DNA of 24,000 nt, from NCBI GenBank assembly GCA_046541115.1, contig JBKHDX010000008.1, forward strand, positions 16,370-40,369. Reading direction: 5' to 3'. Position 1 is the stretch's first letter. Each line of letters starts with the position of its first letter. The notes beneath the pieces are model-generated. The model searched no databases, was not told the origin of the DNA, and saw only the letters and a program-made list of their open reading frames with translations. Shown here in pieces: positions 7,939 through 21,308 of this stretch. The stretch comes from Spirulinaceae cyanobacterium (GTDB lineage Bacteria > Cyanobacteriota > Cyanobacteriia > Cyanobacteriales > Spirulinaceae). Both the position numbers and the translations under genes were made by a program.

Positions 7939-7970
7939 GCCAGGAAATTAATCGTTTCGCATTTCCTGGC
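7939..7970 (-). terminator. 10-bp perfect hairpin between ferredoxin gene and folD (possible terminator or folD leader element)
   Basis: GCCAGGAAAT (7939-7948) pairs with ATTTCCTGGC (7961-7970) around a 12-nt loop. No U-run follows on the minus-strand transcript, so the terminator role is uncertain. Confidence 0.3.
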
Positions 7971-7993
7971 GTGGATGGCCAAAATCAGAAAAT

Positions 7994-8314
7994 TTAAGAA
8001 GGTTGACCAAACTGGCGTTGATAAATTTCTTCTTCTTTGTCTGATTCTAATTTAATGTCAGAACGAGGATAAGCCACGCACAGCAAGGCGTAACCTTCGG
8101 CTTGCAACTCTGGGGAAACCCCCATGGCATCGCTTTGTTCGACTTCTCCTTCAGACAGTTTAGCCGCACAAGTGGTACAAACGCCGGCGGTACAAGAACT
8201 GGGTAACTCAATTCCGGCTTCCTGGGCAACTTCTAAAATTTTACGATCTTCGGGAACGTCGATTGTATAGGTGTTGCCGCGATAATTAATTTCTACTTTG
8301 TAAGTATTTGCCAT
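7994..8314 (-). CDS. Plant-type [2Fe-2S] ferredoxin
   Basis: SCTAGVCTTCAAKL...LLCVAYP gives the C-x4-C-x2-C...C ligand pattern. The 106-aa protein has a C-terminal extension relative to the ~98-aa major PetF, so it is probably a minor ferredoxin paralogue. Confidence 0.9.
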   Translation of the reverse strand: MANTYKVEINYRGNTYTIDVPEDRKILEVAQEAGIELPSSCTAGVCTTCAAKLSEGEVEQSDAMGVSPELQAEGYALLCVAYPRSDIKLESDKEEEIYQRQFGQPS

Positions 8315-8448
8315 TGACTTTCATCCAACCACGAAAAACTGTTTTTCCCTAAAGATTTATGATAACTGTTTTGTTGTCAATTTATGGAGATTTTGATTCT
8401 TTTTTAGAATGGGATAAATACTTATTTTGTGTAAACTTGATTTTTGAT

Positions 8449-8928
8449 TTATTCTTCGTTACGGCGAGTGCTAAATCGAATAATTAAGTAACTTAAAGAA
8501 AGGGCTAATACGGCAGAGGATAAAGCAATTAAATCGACTGCATTCTTCTTTTCGATATCAAAAATAATGATTTTGCGGGCAACGGCAATTAAAGAGGTAA
8601 TAACGACTAATTCGTATTGAACTGTATGGCGCTTTAAATAAACAGTAATATTAGCCAGAATTTCTAAAGCAATTAAAACGTTTAAAAATAACCCAAAAGC
8701 TTCAAATAAAAGGTCTTTTGATAAACTTGAGACACCGGTTAAAGATTTAGTAAGCAGCGAACCAAAGAGGAAAATACACAGATCGTAAACCGAAACCAAG
8801 GTCACAATAATCATTAAGATCGAGAGAAATTTTGCAATCAAAACTTCAACATTCTCGACCATCTGGAGAAAGTTTCGATCGCTTCCGGCTTCCCTAATTT
8901 TCTGCCAAAATCGACGCAAACGGGGCAT
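8449..8928 (-). CDS. PsiE-like (phosphate-starvation-inducible E family) membrane protein
   Basis: The 159-aa protein has four hydrophobic segments. ALEILANITVYLKRH...YELVVITSLIAVARKIIIFD...DLIALSSAVLALSLSYLIIR parallels the E. coli PsiE pattern FEFIALIVKYF...YIGITAIVRLIIVD...VLIYSAAILLL from memory. Confidence 0.6.
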   Translation of the reverse strand: MPRLRRFWQKIREAGSDRNFLQMVENVEVLIAKFLSILMIIVTLVSVYDLCIFLFGSLLTKSLTGVSSLSKDLLFEAFGLFLNVLIALEILANITVYLKRHTVQYELVVITSLIAVARKIIIFDIEKKNAVDLIALSSAVLALSLSYLIIRFSTRRNEE

Positions 8929-8954
8929 TGTTTAATCTAAGTTAAGACCGAATA

Positions 8955-8987
8955 AGCAAGCGCCTGAGTCAGATTCAGGCGCTTGCT
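8955..8987 (-). terminator. atp operon terminator hairpin
   Basis: AGCAAGCGCCTGA (8955-8967) pairs with TCAGGCGCTTGCT (8975-8987) as a 13-bp perfect stem with a 7-nt loop. It lies 29 nt downstream of the gamma-subunit stop. A T-rich tract (TTATTCGGTCTT) follows on the minus strand. Confidence 0.6.
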
Positions 8988-9015
8988 GAGTTGGCGATCG
9001 CGTTGAATTTCCCTT

Positions 9016-9960
9016 TTACAACGCTTCTGCACCCGCGACAACTTCAAGAATTTGTTGGGTAATCGAAGCTTGACGGGCTTTGTTATAAGACAAAGTGAGG
9101 GTTCCGACGAGTTCGTTGGCGTTGTCGCTGGCGTTACTCATCGCCGTCATCCGGGCGGCCAGTTCGCTGGCTGCGGCTTCTTGGAGCGATCGCAACAACT
9201 GGTTATTAAGATACAACGGCAGCAAGGCTTCTAAAATCTGCGCGGGGTCTTGTTCAAAGATCATATCTTTGGGGAAAGTCCGCACCTCGTTGCTCACTTT
9301 TTCGCGAGTCACTTCAAATTCACCGCCGTTGGTGGTGAGGCGGAAAATTTCGTCATCGGTAACTTCCAAACCTTGAGGAGACAAGGGTAACAAGGTTTGA
9401 ATCACCGGACGCGAACTCACCAAAGACACAAACTTGGTGTAAATTAACTCAACCCGGTCAATCGTTCCCGACAAGAAAGACGAAAGCAACACTTCAGCAA
9501 TGTCGGAGGCTTCTTCGGCTTTGGGAATTTGTTCGAGTTCGGTGAACTTGTCGAGAATGGGCATATTGCGACGCTCGTAATATTGCACCGCTTTACGACC
9601 GATAAGAATTAATTGATAATCAATCCCTTCGGCTTGTAACTCTTTGATGCGAGCGTCAGCCCGTTTGATGATGTTGTTGTTGTAACCGCCACACAAGCCG
9701 CGATCGCCCGACACCACCAATAAACCCACGGTATCCACTTCCCGTTGCTTGAGCAGGGGTAAGTCCACATCTTCAAATTGCAGGCGGTTCTGCAAGCCGT
9801 AAAGCACTTCTGCGAGGCGGTCAGCAAACGGACGAGTGGCCGTAACTTGTTCTTGAGCGCGACGCACTTTCGCCGCCGCCACAAGACGCATCGCTTCTGT
9901 AATTTTACGGGTATTTTTAACCGAATCAATGCGATCGCGAATGGCTTTTAAATTAGGCAT
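9016..9960 (-). CDS. atpG: F0F1 ATP synthase gamma subunit
   Basis: [27 protein letters not shown] and the C-terminal [15 protein letters not shown] are canonical. The region around residues 195-235 carries the insert characteristic of the cyanobacterial/chloroplast gamma subunit. Confidence 0.94.
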   Translation of the reverse strand: MPNLKAIRDRIDSVKNTRKITEAMRLVAAAKVRRAQEQVTATRPFADRLAEVLYGLQNRLQFEDVDLPLLKQREVDTVGLLVVSGDRGLCGGYNNNIIKRADARIKELQAEGIDYQLILIGRKAVQYYERRNMPILDKFTELEQIPKAEEASDIAEVLLSSFLSGTIDRVELIYTKFVSLVSSRPVIQTLLPLSPQGLEVTDDEIFRLTTNGGEFEVTREKVSNEVRTFPKDMIFEQDPAQILEALLPLYLNNQLLRSLQEAAASELAARMTAMSNASDNANELVGTLTLSYNKARQASITQQILEVVAGAEAL

Positions 9961-9996
9961 AATTCTTCATTACCAAATCTAGAAAAATCAAGCATA

Positions 9997-10045
9997 AAGC
10001 CACCAAGTAAACCCCCCATTACTGTACGGTCGGACTTGGTGGCTT
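9997..10045 (-). promoter_or_regulatory. Intercistronic 12-bp perfect hairpin between atpA and atpG
   Basis: AAGCCACCAAGT (9997-10008) pairs with ACTTGGTGGCTT (10034-10045) around a 25-nt loop. It lies in the 100-nt alpha-gamma spacer. Confidence 0.5.
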
Positions 10046-10060
10046 CACAGCAATAGTTAA

Positions 10061-11632
<1,572 letters not shown>

Positions 11633-12190
11633 TTAAGTGCTTTGACCTAAACGCATCCCAATGCGGCGGAGTTGACCGCGCAAGCTGGCATCAACGACTT
11701 GAGAGCCGACTTTGATCGTGACACCACCGAGTAAGTTGGGATCGACTTGGGTTTTAAGTTCCACTTCTCGAGCGTCGGTCATAGCTTTGACGCGATCGCG
11801 AATTGCTTGCTGTTGGTCTTCGCTGAGTTCTTTGGCCGAGCGGACTTCGGCGAGAACGGTATGATTTAATTCTCGCAGACGTTCTAAATATTGTTGCGCG
11901 ATCGCGCTCAAAAATATAATCCGCCGTTTATCCACCAACAACATCACGAAGTGGGTCAACTCAACCGGGGCATCATCCCCTAAAATGCGCCGGAGAATGG
12001 CTTTTTTGTCTTCGGGTTCAACGACCGGATTTAAAATAAATTCGCGCAGTTCCGGGGATTCTTCCATCAAGGCTTCGAGGGAGCGGAATATTTCCCCAAA
12101 CTGATTGGTCATGTCTTTGCTTTGAGCAATAGACATCAACGCTTGGGCATAAGGTTCAGCAACAGCACCGCTAACTAAACTACCTTTCAT
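11633..12190 (-). CDS. atpH: F0F1 ATP synthase delta subunit (OSCP)
   Basis: 185 aa. A.PYA.AL and the C-terminal GG..I.VG..V.D.S..G.L match the OSCP/delta pattern. Its ATG (12188-12190) shares one base with the b-subunit stop TAA (12190-12192), giving TAATG on the coding strand and consistent with translational coupling. Confidence 0.9.
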   Translation of the reverse strand: MKGSLVSGAVAEPYAQALMSIAQSKDMTNQFGEIFRSLEALMEESPELREFILNPVVEPEDKKAILRRILGDDAPVELTHFVMLLVDKRRIIFLSAIAQQYLERLRELNHTVLAEVRSAKELSEDQQQAIRDRVKAMTDAREVELKTQVDPNLLGGVTIKVGSQVVDASLRGQLRRIGMRLGQST

Positions 12191-12708
12191 TAACTACCTC
12201 CGAGTTGAGCAATGCAGCGATCGATCAGTTGGCTTTGGGTCGAATCGTCCAGAGTTTCTTGCAGTTGCGCTTCGACTTTACGAAGGGCTAACGCGGCCAC
12301 CCGTCCTTTCAATTCGGCAATCGCCTTTTCCTGCTCGCCTTGTAAATCTTGTGCTGCACTGGCTTTGATTCGTTCGACTTCCGCTTGCCCTTGGGCTAAA
12401 ATTTTCTCTTTTGCCGCGGCAGCGTTTTGTTCGGCTTGCTCCAGAATCTTCTTCGCTTCAGCTTTTGCTTGACTGAGTTTGCGATCTGCTTCTTCTAACG
12501 CCTTTTGGGCTGTGGTAGCGCGGTTTTCAGCATCTTTAATTTCTGCTTCAATAGCGGCGCGTCGCTTGCTCAGAATTTTGCCTAAAAATTTACTCCCATA
12601 AACCAGCAAAACCACAATCAGAATTGCCAGGTTAATCAGGTTAGTTTCTAAAATGTCGAAGTTCAGACCCCAGCCACTTTCGGTGGCGAGGTATAAAATG
12701 TTGCCCAT
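12190..12708 (-). CDS. atpF: F0F1 ATP synthase subunit b
   Basis: A single N-terminal transmembrane helix is followed by a long Ala/Glu/Lys/Gln-rich coiled helix. Its position between b' and delta is as in cyanobacterial atp1 operons. Confidence 0.9.
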   Translation of the reverse strand: MGNILYLATESGWGLNFDILETNLINLAILIVVLLVYGSKFLGKILSKRRAAIEAEIKDAENRATTAQKALEEADRKLSQAKAEAKKILEQAEQNAAAAKEKILAQGQAEVERIKASAAQDLQGEQEKAIAELKGRVAALALRKVEAQLQETLDDSTQSQLIDRCIAQLGGS

Positions 12709-12826
12709 GATCTTTGATTTTCTCTTAGCGCTACGCTCTCAATTGATATTGCTTTCATAACGCTTGCTTCGCTGCTTTCATTTCCCTAAAACCAGGAAAT
12801 GACAGAACCGAAGCCAACGCTTACGA

Positions 12827-13312
12827 TTATTTCACCAATTCTGGCCCTAAAAGTTTCTCCAGAATTTGGCGACTGAGGGAGTTCACTTGACTTTCTAAGT
12901 TGCTGAACGCTTCAGCTTTTTGGGCAGCAATTTCCTGAGCCGCTTTTTCTCGCTCGGCTTGCACTTCTTGTTGTGCTTGTTGGGTTTGCTCGCTAATAAT
13001 TTTTTGAGCTTCCCCTTGAGCCGTTGCCACAATTTCTTGGGCTTCGCGACGAACATCGACTAATTCTTGTTCGTACTGACGAGCGGCGGCTTCGGTTTTT
13101 TCCCGACGCTCCCGAGCAGAAAGCAGTTGGGAACGCACAAAGTCGGCCCGCTCGTCAATGGCTTTTCCTAAAGGCTTGTAAAAAATAGCATTCAGGACAA
13201 TCACCAAAATCAGGAATTGCACGCCCATCAAGGGCAAGGTGGCGTTAATGTCAAATAAGCCGCCCCCTTCCTCCACGGCTTCTGTTGCTAACAGAATCAT
13301 CCAGTATGTCAT
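12827..13312 (-). CDS. atpF2: F0F1 ATP synthase subunit b'
   Basis: GGLFD.NATLPLM..QFL.L...LN...YKPL is typical of cyanobacterial/chloroplast b' (AtpG in cyanobacterial nomenclature), and a charged helix follows. Confidence 0.88.
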   Translation of the reverse strand: MTYWMILLATEAVEEGGGLFDINATLPLMGVQFLILVIVLNAIFYKPLGKAIDERADFVRSQLLSARERREKTEAAARQYEQELVDVRREAQEIVATAQGEAQKIISEQTQQAQQEVQAEREKAAQEIAAQKAEAFSNLESQVNSLSRQILEKLLGPELVK

Positions 13313-13348
13313 CAGATTTGAAAAGAAAGCTATCTAAAGGTTTTCGCG

Positions 13349-13401
13349 AGCTTTGGTAGAAACGCCAAGGTTAAGAAGTCTTTCGCGTTTCTACCAAAGC
13401 T
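13349..13401 (-). promoter_or_regulatory. 17-bp perfect hairpin immediately downstream of the c-subunit gene
   Basis: AGCTTTGGTAGAAACGC (13349-13365) pairs with GCGTTTCTACCAAAGCT (13385-13401) around a 19-nt loop. It lies 24 nt after the c-subunit stop. No U-run follows on the transcript strand. Confidence 0.6.
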
Positions 13402-13424
13402 AATGGGTGATGCGATTCGCTCGC

Positions 13425-13691
<267 letters not shown>

Positions 13692-13792
13692 TTAACTAAA
13701 AAAACAAAAACTAAGTGATAATTTCCCGAAGGCGGGAAGACAAACTGAAGCCTAAAAGCTCCAATTCTTTGAAGGTGACTTATTCCCGAACC

Positions 13793-14542
13793 TTATTCTT
13801 CGTGGCCGTGTTCTTCGAGCGCTTCACCGATATAAGAAGCGGCTAACGTCGCAAAAATCAAGGCTTGAATGGCACTCAGAAATAGACCCAAAACCATTAA
13901 GGGTAGAGGGACGAACAAGGGAACTAACAACACCAATACCGCTACAACTAATTCGTCAGCTAGGATGTTACCGAAGAGACGGAAGCTGAGGGACAGGGGC
14001 TTCGTGAAGTCTTCGAGGATTTTGAACGGAACCATGATTGGCGTAGGTTCGGCATAACCTGCGAAGTAACCTAAGCCTTTTTTGCGAAGCCCCGCAAAGA
14101 AGTAGGCAATAGAGGTTAACAGGGCTAATGCCACTGTTGTGTTGATGTCGTTGGTTGGAGCCGCTAGTTCGCCGTCGGGAATTTCAATCAATCGCCAAGG
14201 CACTAACGCCCCAGACCAATTTGACACAAAAATGAACAAAAATAAAGTCCCTACAAAAGGAACCCACTGGCGATATTCTTTTTCGCCAATTTGGTCTTTG
14301 GCTAAACCCCGCAGAAAATCCAAAACGTATTCCATGAAGTTTTGCATTCCACTGGGAACTCGTTGAATATTCCGCGTTGCCAAGAGGGAGGCAATAACGA
14401 GAATGGCAATGACAAACCACGAGGCCAAAAAGACCTGACCGTGGAGTTGATAATTACCAATTTCCCAGTAAAAGTGTTTGCCAACTTCTAACTCTGCTAG
14501 GGGAAAAGAATTTAAACCTAATAAACTATCGAGAACTTCCAT
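13793..14542 (-). CDS. atpB: F0F1 ATP synthase subunit a
   Basis: [13 protein letters not shown] contains the essential Arg. The protein has five or more hydrophobic segments and its position is upstream of subunit c. Confidence 0.95.
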   Translation of the reverse strand: MEVLDSLLGLNSFPLAELEVGKHFYWEIGNYQLHGQVFLASWFVIAILVIASLLATRNIQRVPSGMQNFMEYVLDFLRGLAKDQIGEKEYRQWVPFVGTLFLFIFVSNWSGALVPWRLIEIPDGELAAPTNDINTTVALALLTSIAYFFAGLRKKGLGYFAGYAEPTPIMVPFKILEDFTKPLSLSFRLFGNILADELVVAVLVLLVPLFVPLPLMVLGLFLSAIQALIFATLAASYIGEALEEHGHEE

Positions 14543-14623
14543 GTTTGTGATATTTCCCCAAATATCCTAAAAACTTCCAATTTAAGGATTTTATTTGTTT
14601 TTGAATGGATCGGGCTTTTTCGA

Positions 14624-15085
14624 TCATTTTTGTGTGGGTAACAAGGTGGTTTGCAACACATAAATGATGATGGCCGCTTTATAGGTTAAAAAACCCAGAA
14701 AAACGGGCAAAATATGTAATTGATGCCATTGGGTAGCGACAATGATTAGCCCGACTAAAAGCCCTAAGCGCGTTGAACCCGGTCGGCTTTTTTGCACGCC
14801 TAACCGCTCGACTTCTTTGGCCAGCATTCTCAAATACACTAATCCGAAACAAGCCCCTAAAAGGTAGTTTAGTGCTGTGTTAAGCGAATAGGTTAGCCAC
14901 ACCGAAATAAAAATAATCCCGGCTAAACCTAAAGTTCCCAACAACAAGCTTTGCTTGAGTTGGTAATATTCGCCCATCGAGTCGTCAACGTTGGTAGGTT
15001 GAGCTTCGGGGGCTTGGTATACTTGGTTTTCGGCTTCAAGAGGAGAGTTAGGTGGATTCACGATTTTTCGCTGACGATGGCCCAT
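14624..15085 (-). CDS. ATP synthase protein I (atp1)
   Basis: This small hydrophobic protein is encoded first in the operon, as in cyanobacterial atp1 clusters. The first 36 codons are hydrophilic and may not be translated. An alternative ATG at 14977 (MGEYYQLKQ...) would give 117 aa. Confidence 0.72.
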   Translation of the reverse strand: MGHRQRKIVNPPNSPLEAENQVYQAPEAQPTNVDDSMGEYYQLKQSLLLGTLGLAGIIFISVWLTYSLNTALNYLLGACFGLVYLRMLAKEVERLGVQKSRPGSTRLGLLVGLIIVATQWHQLHILPVFLGFLTYKAAIIIYVLQTTLLPTQK

Positions 15086-15291
15086 CCAAATAGTCGGCTT
15101 AAAAACATTTAAGCCAGAAGCAATAATATCATGGCATCAGCACAATTCTTAAAAACTTCTGAATAAAGTTAAGTTGAATACAACTGCGGACGGGTTAACC
15201 ACTCTAGGGTTCTGATGGGGGCTGTCGAGCGGAAAAGGAGGAAATTCGATTTAAGATGGTTTCTGTCGGGATAACGGGCGCACAAAAGGGT

Positions 15292-16500
15292 TTACCGAGG
15301 CGTGAGTAGAATAATCTGTCGTTCTTGGAGCGATCGCACCCCATCGAGATCGAGAGCGCAATGGTTTAACAAATTTTCCACGGTGGCGGGTTGTGTTTGA
15401 TTTTTAGCACAAACTTCTAGAAATTCAAACTCGGCTTCAGATAAATTCACAATCTGATAGTTGTAGTCAAACAACGTGCGACCGGGCCAGCCATCGACAC
15501 AGGGGCTAATTTCGGGAATTGCGTTTAATAATGCTGTATCGGCGGCCCAATCGCTCATTTCTAACGGCGGACGAGCCAGGAAAAATTCGTAATGAGTCAA
15601 ATTGGGGTCGAGGAGTTCAATTGTCCGGAAACGATCGCGATCGCTCAAATGTTGCGCCCGCTTCAACAAATCCGGGTTATCCCCAAGCAAGCGCTCCAAT
15701 TGCCAAAACTGCGGGTTAGAAAAGCCCACAAACTGCAACCCCGAAGCGTCGATCAACTCAAACAAAGTTCTGATATTGTAATCAATTTCCTGGGGATGAA
15801 CGTACATATCCGCAAACGCCTCATCCCGGTGATTTTCCATCGACCAGCGCCTTTTCTCTTGCTGTACCAAACGATTATCCTCTGGTAAGGCATCAAACAA
15901 CGCCCGACCCACTTTGACCCCATCTTGATAATTCCCTTTTTGAGACCCCTGAAGCAGCGCGATCGCTTCTTGCATCAAGCGAATTTCCCAGCGGCCTAGT
16001 TCTGCATACACAAAAATATGCAGCAAGCCCCCAGGAGCCAGTTTAGACGCGATCGCTCTTATCCCCGCGATCGGATCGGGTAAATGGTGTAACACCCCCA
16101 CGCAATTAATTAAATCGAACTCCCCAGGCAGCTCAGACGCTTGTTGCAGAGGCATCGCCTGAAACGTCACCGGGGGTTTATGACTTGCCAAACTCCCCGA
16201 ACGCTCGCAACGCTCAATCGCCACCGCCAGCGCCTTCTCACTGAGGTCAATCGCCACCACTTCCGCTTCCGGGTTGAGGTGAATCAAATAATCCGTTCCC
16301 GAACCCGTCCCACACCCGGCATCGAGAATCCGAATTTGGGAAGTTTCGGGCTTGCGTCCCGTACAAAACCCATAAGCCGCTTGCCAATGCCAGCGCCAAT
16401 TATAGCCCGGTGGCAATTGGTCGCTGAGGGGGTCAGGGGGAAACGGGAAAGTATTGTAGAGTTTAGCAACCGCCGCGCTAATCGCTTGAGAATCGGACAT
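15292..16500 (-). CDS. Class I SAM-dependent methyltransferase with ~200-aa C-terminal domain of unknown function
   Basis: SAM motif I is ILDAGCGTGSG, followed by VAIDLS, INCVGVLHHL and LAPGGLL. I place the start at ATG 16500 (MSDSQAIS...). The ORF-track start at 16707 reads through heptamer repeats (SHQSSVISHQLS) and is probably an artefact. Confidence 0.85.
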   Translation of the reverse strand: MSDSQAISAAVAKLYNTFPFPPDPLSDQLPPGYNWRWHWQAAYGFCTGRKPETSQIRILDAGCGTGSGTDYLIHLNPEAEVVAIDLSEKALAVAIERCERSGSLASHKPPVTFQAMPLQQASELPGEFDLINCVGVLHHLPDPIAGIRAIASKLAPGGLLHIFVYAELGRWEIRLMQEAIALLQGSQKGNYQDGVKVGRALFDALPEDNRLVQQEKRRWSMENHRDEAFADMYVHPQEIDYNIRTLFELIDASGLQFVGFSNPQFWQLERLLGDNPDLLKRAQHLSDRDRFRTIELLDPNLTHYEFFLARPPLEMSDWAADTALLNAIPEISPCVDGWPGRTLFDYNYQIVNLSEAEFEFLEVCAKNQTQPATVENLLNHCALDLDGVRSLQERQIILLTPR

Positions 16501-16555
16501 GATCGAGATCGAAACAGCAACTTTAGAGTTTAGCGGATTTTCCCCCAAGACGGTT

Positions 16556-16688
16556 AAGTTGGTTATTGGTTGTTGGGTTTCACTTCGTTCTACCCAACCT
16601 ACTACTACTGCCCACAGCACGCGCTGCCCCTTAGATGCTGATAACTGATGACTGATGACTGATGACTGATGACTGAAGAAGCTGCCCC
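16556..16688. repeat. Composite heptamer element, inverted relative to the copies at 2726-3427
   Basis: The plus strand reads (AAGTTGG)(TTATTGG)(TTGTTGG) at 16556-16576, then CTACTGCCCAC, then CTGCCCCTTAGATGCTGAT, then (ATGACTG)x4 plus two degenerate units at 16634-16675, then AAGAAGCTGCCCC. The reverse complement matches the modules of the other copies. Confidence 0.9.
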
Positions 16689-16981
16689 CTACCCAATTTC
16701 GACACACTTCTTAATAAAAACGCTAAGAAAGCCGGAAACGTTTTACTCTAAAAGCTGACCCTCTGGTCTTAAAAGATTCGTTTTTAATAAAGCATTAAGG
16801 GTATTTCGGTTTTTTAAATGGGTCACAATTAACCGAATCAGTTGAAGAAACGTCAGGATTGGTTTTCGGCGCAACAGCCATTCCTTGTTCAACCAATCCG
16901 CGCTGCTACGCTGACAACCCAACTGAAATGCCCCAAGCTTTAGAGCAATACATACAAAAGTTGTAGATGGGAGATAGTTGA

Positions 16982-19690
<2,709 letters not shown>

Positions 19691-19718
19691 GAACTCGAAA
19701 CCCTCGAAACGTCCTTTT

Positions 19719-19751
19719 CCGGCTTTAAAGTAGGAAGCTCGGGTGTTTTGT
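19719..19751 (+). terminator. Candidate apcE terminator
   Basis: CCGGCTT (19719-19725) pairs with AAGCTCGG (19735-19742) with one bulge. GTGTTTTGTTG follows. It lies 29 nt after the apcE stop. Confidence 0.35.
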
Positions 19752-20083
19752 TGATTATTAAATGAATTCTCCCTCAAGCTTTTGGGGGAGTTTTTCAGGT
19801 GAATGAAAATCGGGAGCGATCGCCCCCAAAATGAAAAGAAATGTTAAAAAGTATGAAGGCCGCCGCAAGAACGGTAGCGAAATGCCGCAAAATAATTGCG
19901 GAAGGTTGCTAAAGTTCATTCCAGCAATCTGGGTGCGGTGCAGCAAATTGCGCCATGATTCAAACGCAAAACGCGATCGCCCTGGGGGAATGAATTATAA
20001 AAATCAAGGCATTATTTGGAGCAGCCCTTAATAAATGCCAGTTAAATTCACATCTGGTCTAATTTTTTTTGTTGGAGGAATCC

Positions 20084-20569
20084 ATGAGTATTGTCACGAA
20101 ATCAATCGTGAATGCCGATGCTGAGGCTCGTTATCTTAGCCCTGGCGAACTGAATAAAATCAAAGATTTTGTCACCAGTGGTGAAGTCCGTCTGCGGATC
20201 GCTCAAACCATCACCGAATCCCGCGAACGCATCATCAAACAAGCTGGCGACCAATTATTTCAGAAGCGCCCTGATGTTGTTTCTCCCGGCGGCAACGCTT
20301 ACGGCGAAGAAATGACCGCAACCTGCCTGCGCGATATGGATTACTACTTGCGTCTGATCACCTACGGAATCGTCGCGGGGGATGTCACCCCCATCGAAGA
20401 AATTGGTTTGGTCGGCGTGCGCGAAATGTACAAATCTTTGGGTACTCCGGTTGAAGCCGTGGCTCAAAGCATTCGCGAAATGAAAGATATCGTTTGCAGC
20501 ATGATGTCTGCTGATGACTCTTCTGAAGCCGGTGCTTACTTCGACTACGTTGTCGGCGCAATGCAATAA
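20084..20569 (+). CDS. apcA: Allophycocyanin alpha subunit
   Basis: [23 protein letters not shown]...[15 protein letters not shown] is canonical ApcA at 161 aa. ATG at 20084 is preceded by GGAGGA (20074-20079). The ORF-track TTG at 20069 is unlikely. Confidence 0.97.
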   Translation: MSIVTKSIVNADAEARYLSPGELNKIKDFVTSGEVRLRIAQTITESRERIIKQAGDQLFQKRPDVVSPGGNAYGEEMTATCLRDMDYYLRLITYGIVAGDVTPIEEIGLVGVREMYKSLGTPVEAVAQSIREMKDIVCSMMSADDSSEAGAYFDYVVGAMQ

Positions 20570-20675
20570 TTGCCCCGATTCCCCGGAGCTTTAACTTGTC
20601 TTTGGGAACTCCCCGAAGTAATTCAACTCCACCCTTTAAGATTCTGTGACTAGGTGAGATAAGGAAACACTAATC

Positions 20676-21161
20676 ATGCAAGACGCAATTACTGCTGTAA
20701 TCAACTCTGCTGACGTACAAGGCAAATACCTTGATGGTTCAGCAATGGACAAACTGAAAAACTACTTCTCTAGCGGTCAACTGCGCGTTCGTGCCGCTAG
20801 TGTCATCAGCGCTAACTCGGCGGGAATCGTCAAAGAAGCAGTGGCTAAATCCCTGCTGTACTCTGACATCACCCGTCCGGGCGGTAATATGTACACCACT
20901 CGTCGTTATGCTGCTTGCATCCGCGACTTGGATTACTACCTGCGCTATTCCACCTATGCGATGTTGGCTGGCGATCCTTCCATCCTTGATGAGCGCGTTC
21001 TCAACGGTTTGAAAGAAACCTACAACTCCTTGGGTGTACCCATCAACGCCACCGTTCAAGCTATCCAAGCGATGAAAGAAGTCACCGCAAGTTTAGTGGG
21101 CCCCGATGCGGGGAAAGAAATGGGCGTTTACTTCGATTACATCTGCTCTGGCTTAAGCTAG
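20676..21161 (+). CDS. apcB: Allophycocyanin beta subunit
   Basis: [20 protein letters not shown]...[13 protein letters not shown] is canonical ApcB at 161 aa. AAGGA precedes the ATG. Confidence 0.97.
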   Translation: MQDAITAVINSADVQGKYLDGSAMDKLKNYFSSGQLRVRAASVISANSAGIVKEAVAKSLLYSDITRPGGNMYTTRRYAACIRDLDYYLRYSTYAMLAGDPSILDERVLNGLKETYNSLGVPINATVQAIQAMKEVTASLVGPDAGKEMGVYFDYICSGLS

Positions 21162-21162
21162 A

Positions 21163-21201
21163 CCGATAACAGTTTCGATTTTTGATTGGCTGTTCCATCG
21201 G
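21163..21201 (+). promoter_or_regulatory. Stem-loop directly after the apcB stop
   Basis: CCGATAACAG (21163-21172) pairs with CTGTT-CC-ATCGG (21190-21201). This gives 10 bp with a 2-nt bulge and a 17-nt loop. No U-run follows. Confidence 0.45.
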
Positions 21202-21204
21202 GTC

Positions 21205-21308
21205 AAGGTTCGAGAAGTCAGCAAGTGAGTGCTAAACGTTATAGGCTTATCTCGCTGGCTCAAGGTAAGTTTCGACGGCTAGTATTGACTCGCATACTTC
21301 TCGACCTT
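21205..21308 (+). promoter_or_regulatory. Long imperfect helix (~25 bp) in the apcB-apcC spacer
   Basis: AAGGT(T)CGAGAAGT (21205-21218) pairs with ACTTCTCGACCTT (21296-21308), giving 13 bp with one bulged T. The helix continues after a 2x2 internal loop (21221-21230 with 21284-21293). Confidence 0.5.

Noticed and set aside
16501-16707. A 69-codon N-terminal extension of the methyltransferase ORF (ORF-track start at 16707). It invites a phase-variation idea, because heptamer copy-number changes would shift the frame.
   Set aside because: The extension is just translation of the repeat arrays (SFFSHQSSVISHQLS...). The CAGTCAT orientation contains no stop triplet in any frame, so an open frame here is expected by chance. 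A good conserved-looking start (MSDSQAIS...) exists at 16500.
19758-20031. Two overlapping ORFs (62 aa on minus, 66 aa on plus) in the apcE-apcA spacer. The spacer also has a 9-bp long-range stem, TTTTGGGGG (19780-19788) with CCCCCAAAA (19823-19831).
   Set aside because: The products are Lys/Arg-rich and low-complexity with no ribosome-binding sites. The spacer is expected to hold the apcE terminator and the apcA promoter and long leader. The stem is short, with a 34-nt loop, and is not distinctive.
20255-21068. Antisense ORFs of 100 or more codons inside apcA and apcB. Similar shadow ORFs lie inside folD (7328-7896), atpA, atpF, apcE, the 4621-5256 gene (4619-4972), the gamma-CA-like gene, ftsW and the tocopherol methyltransferase.
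   Set aside because: These are typical stop-poor antisense or off-frame shadows of strongly supported genes. None has independent motif support.
21203-21220. GGTTCGAGAAG resembles a tRNA T-arm (GGTTCGAATCC), raising the possibility of a tRNA or tRNA-like element after apcB.
   Set aside because: No acceptor stem, D-arm or anticodon arm can be built around it. The segment instead pairs with 21296-21308 as part of a long helix.
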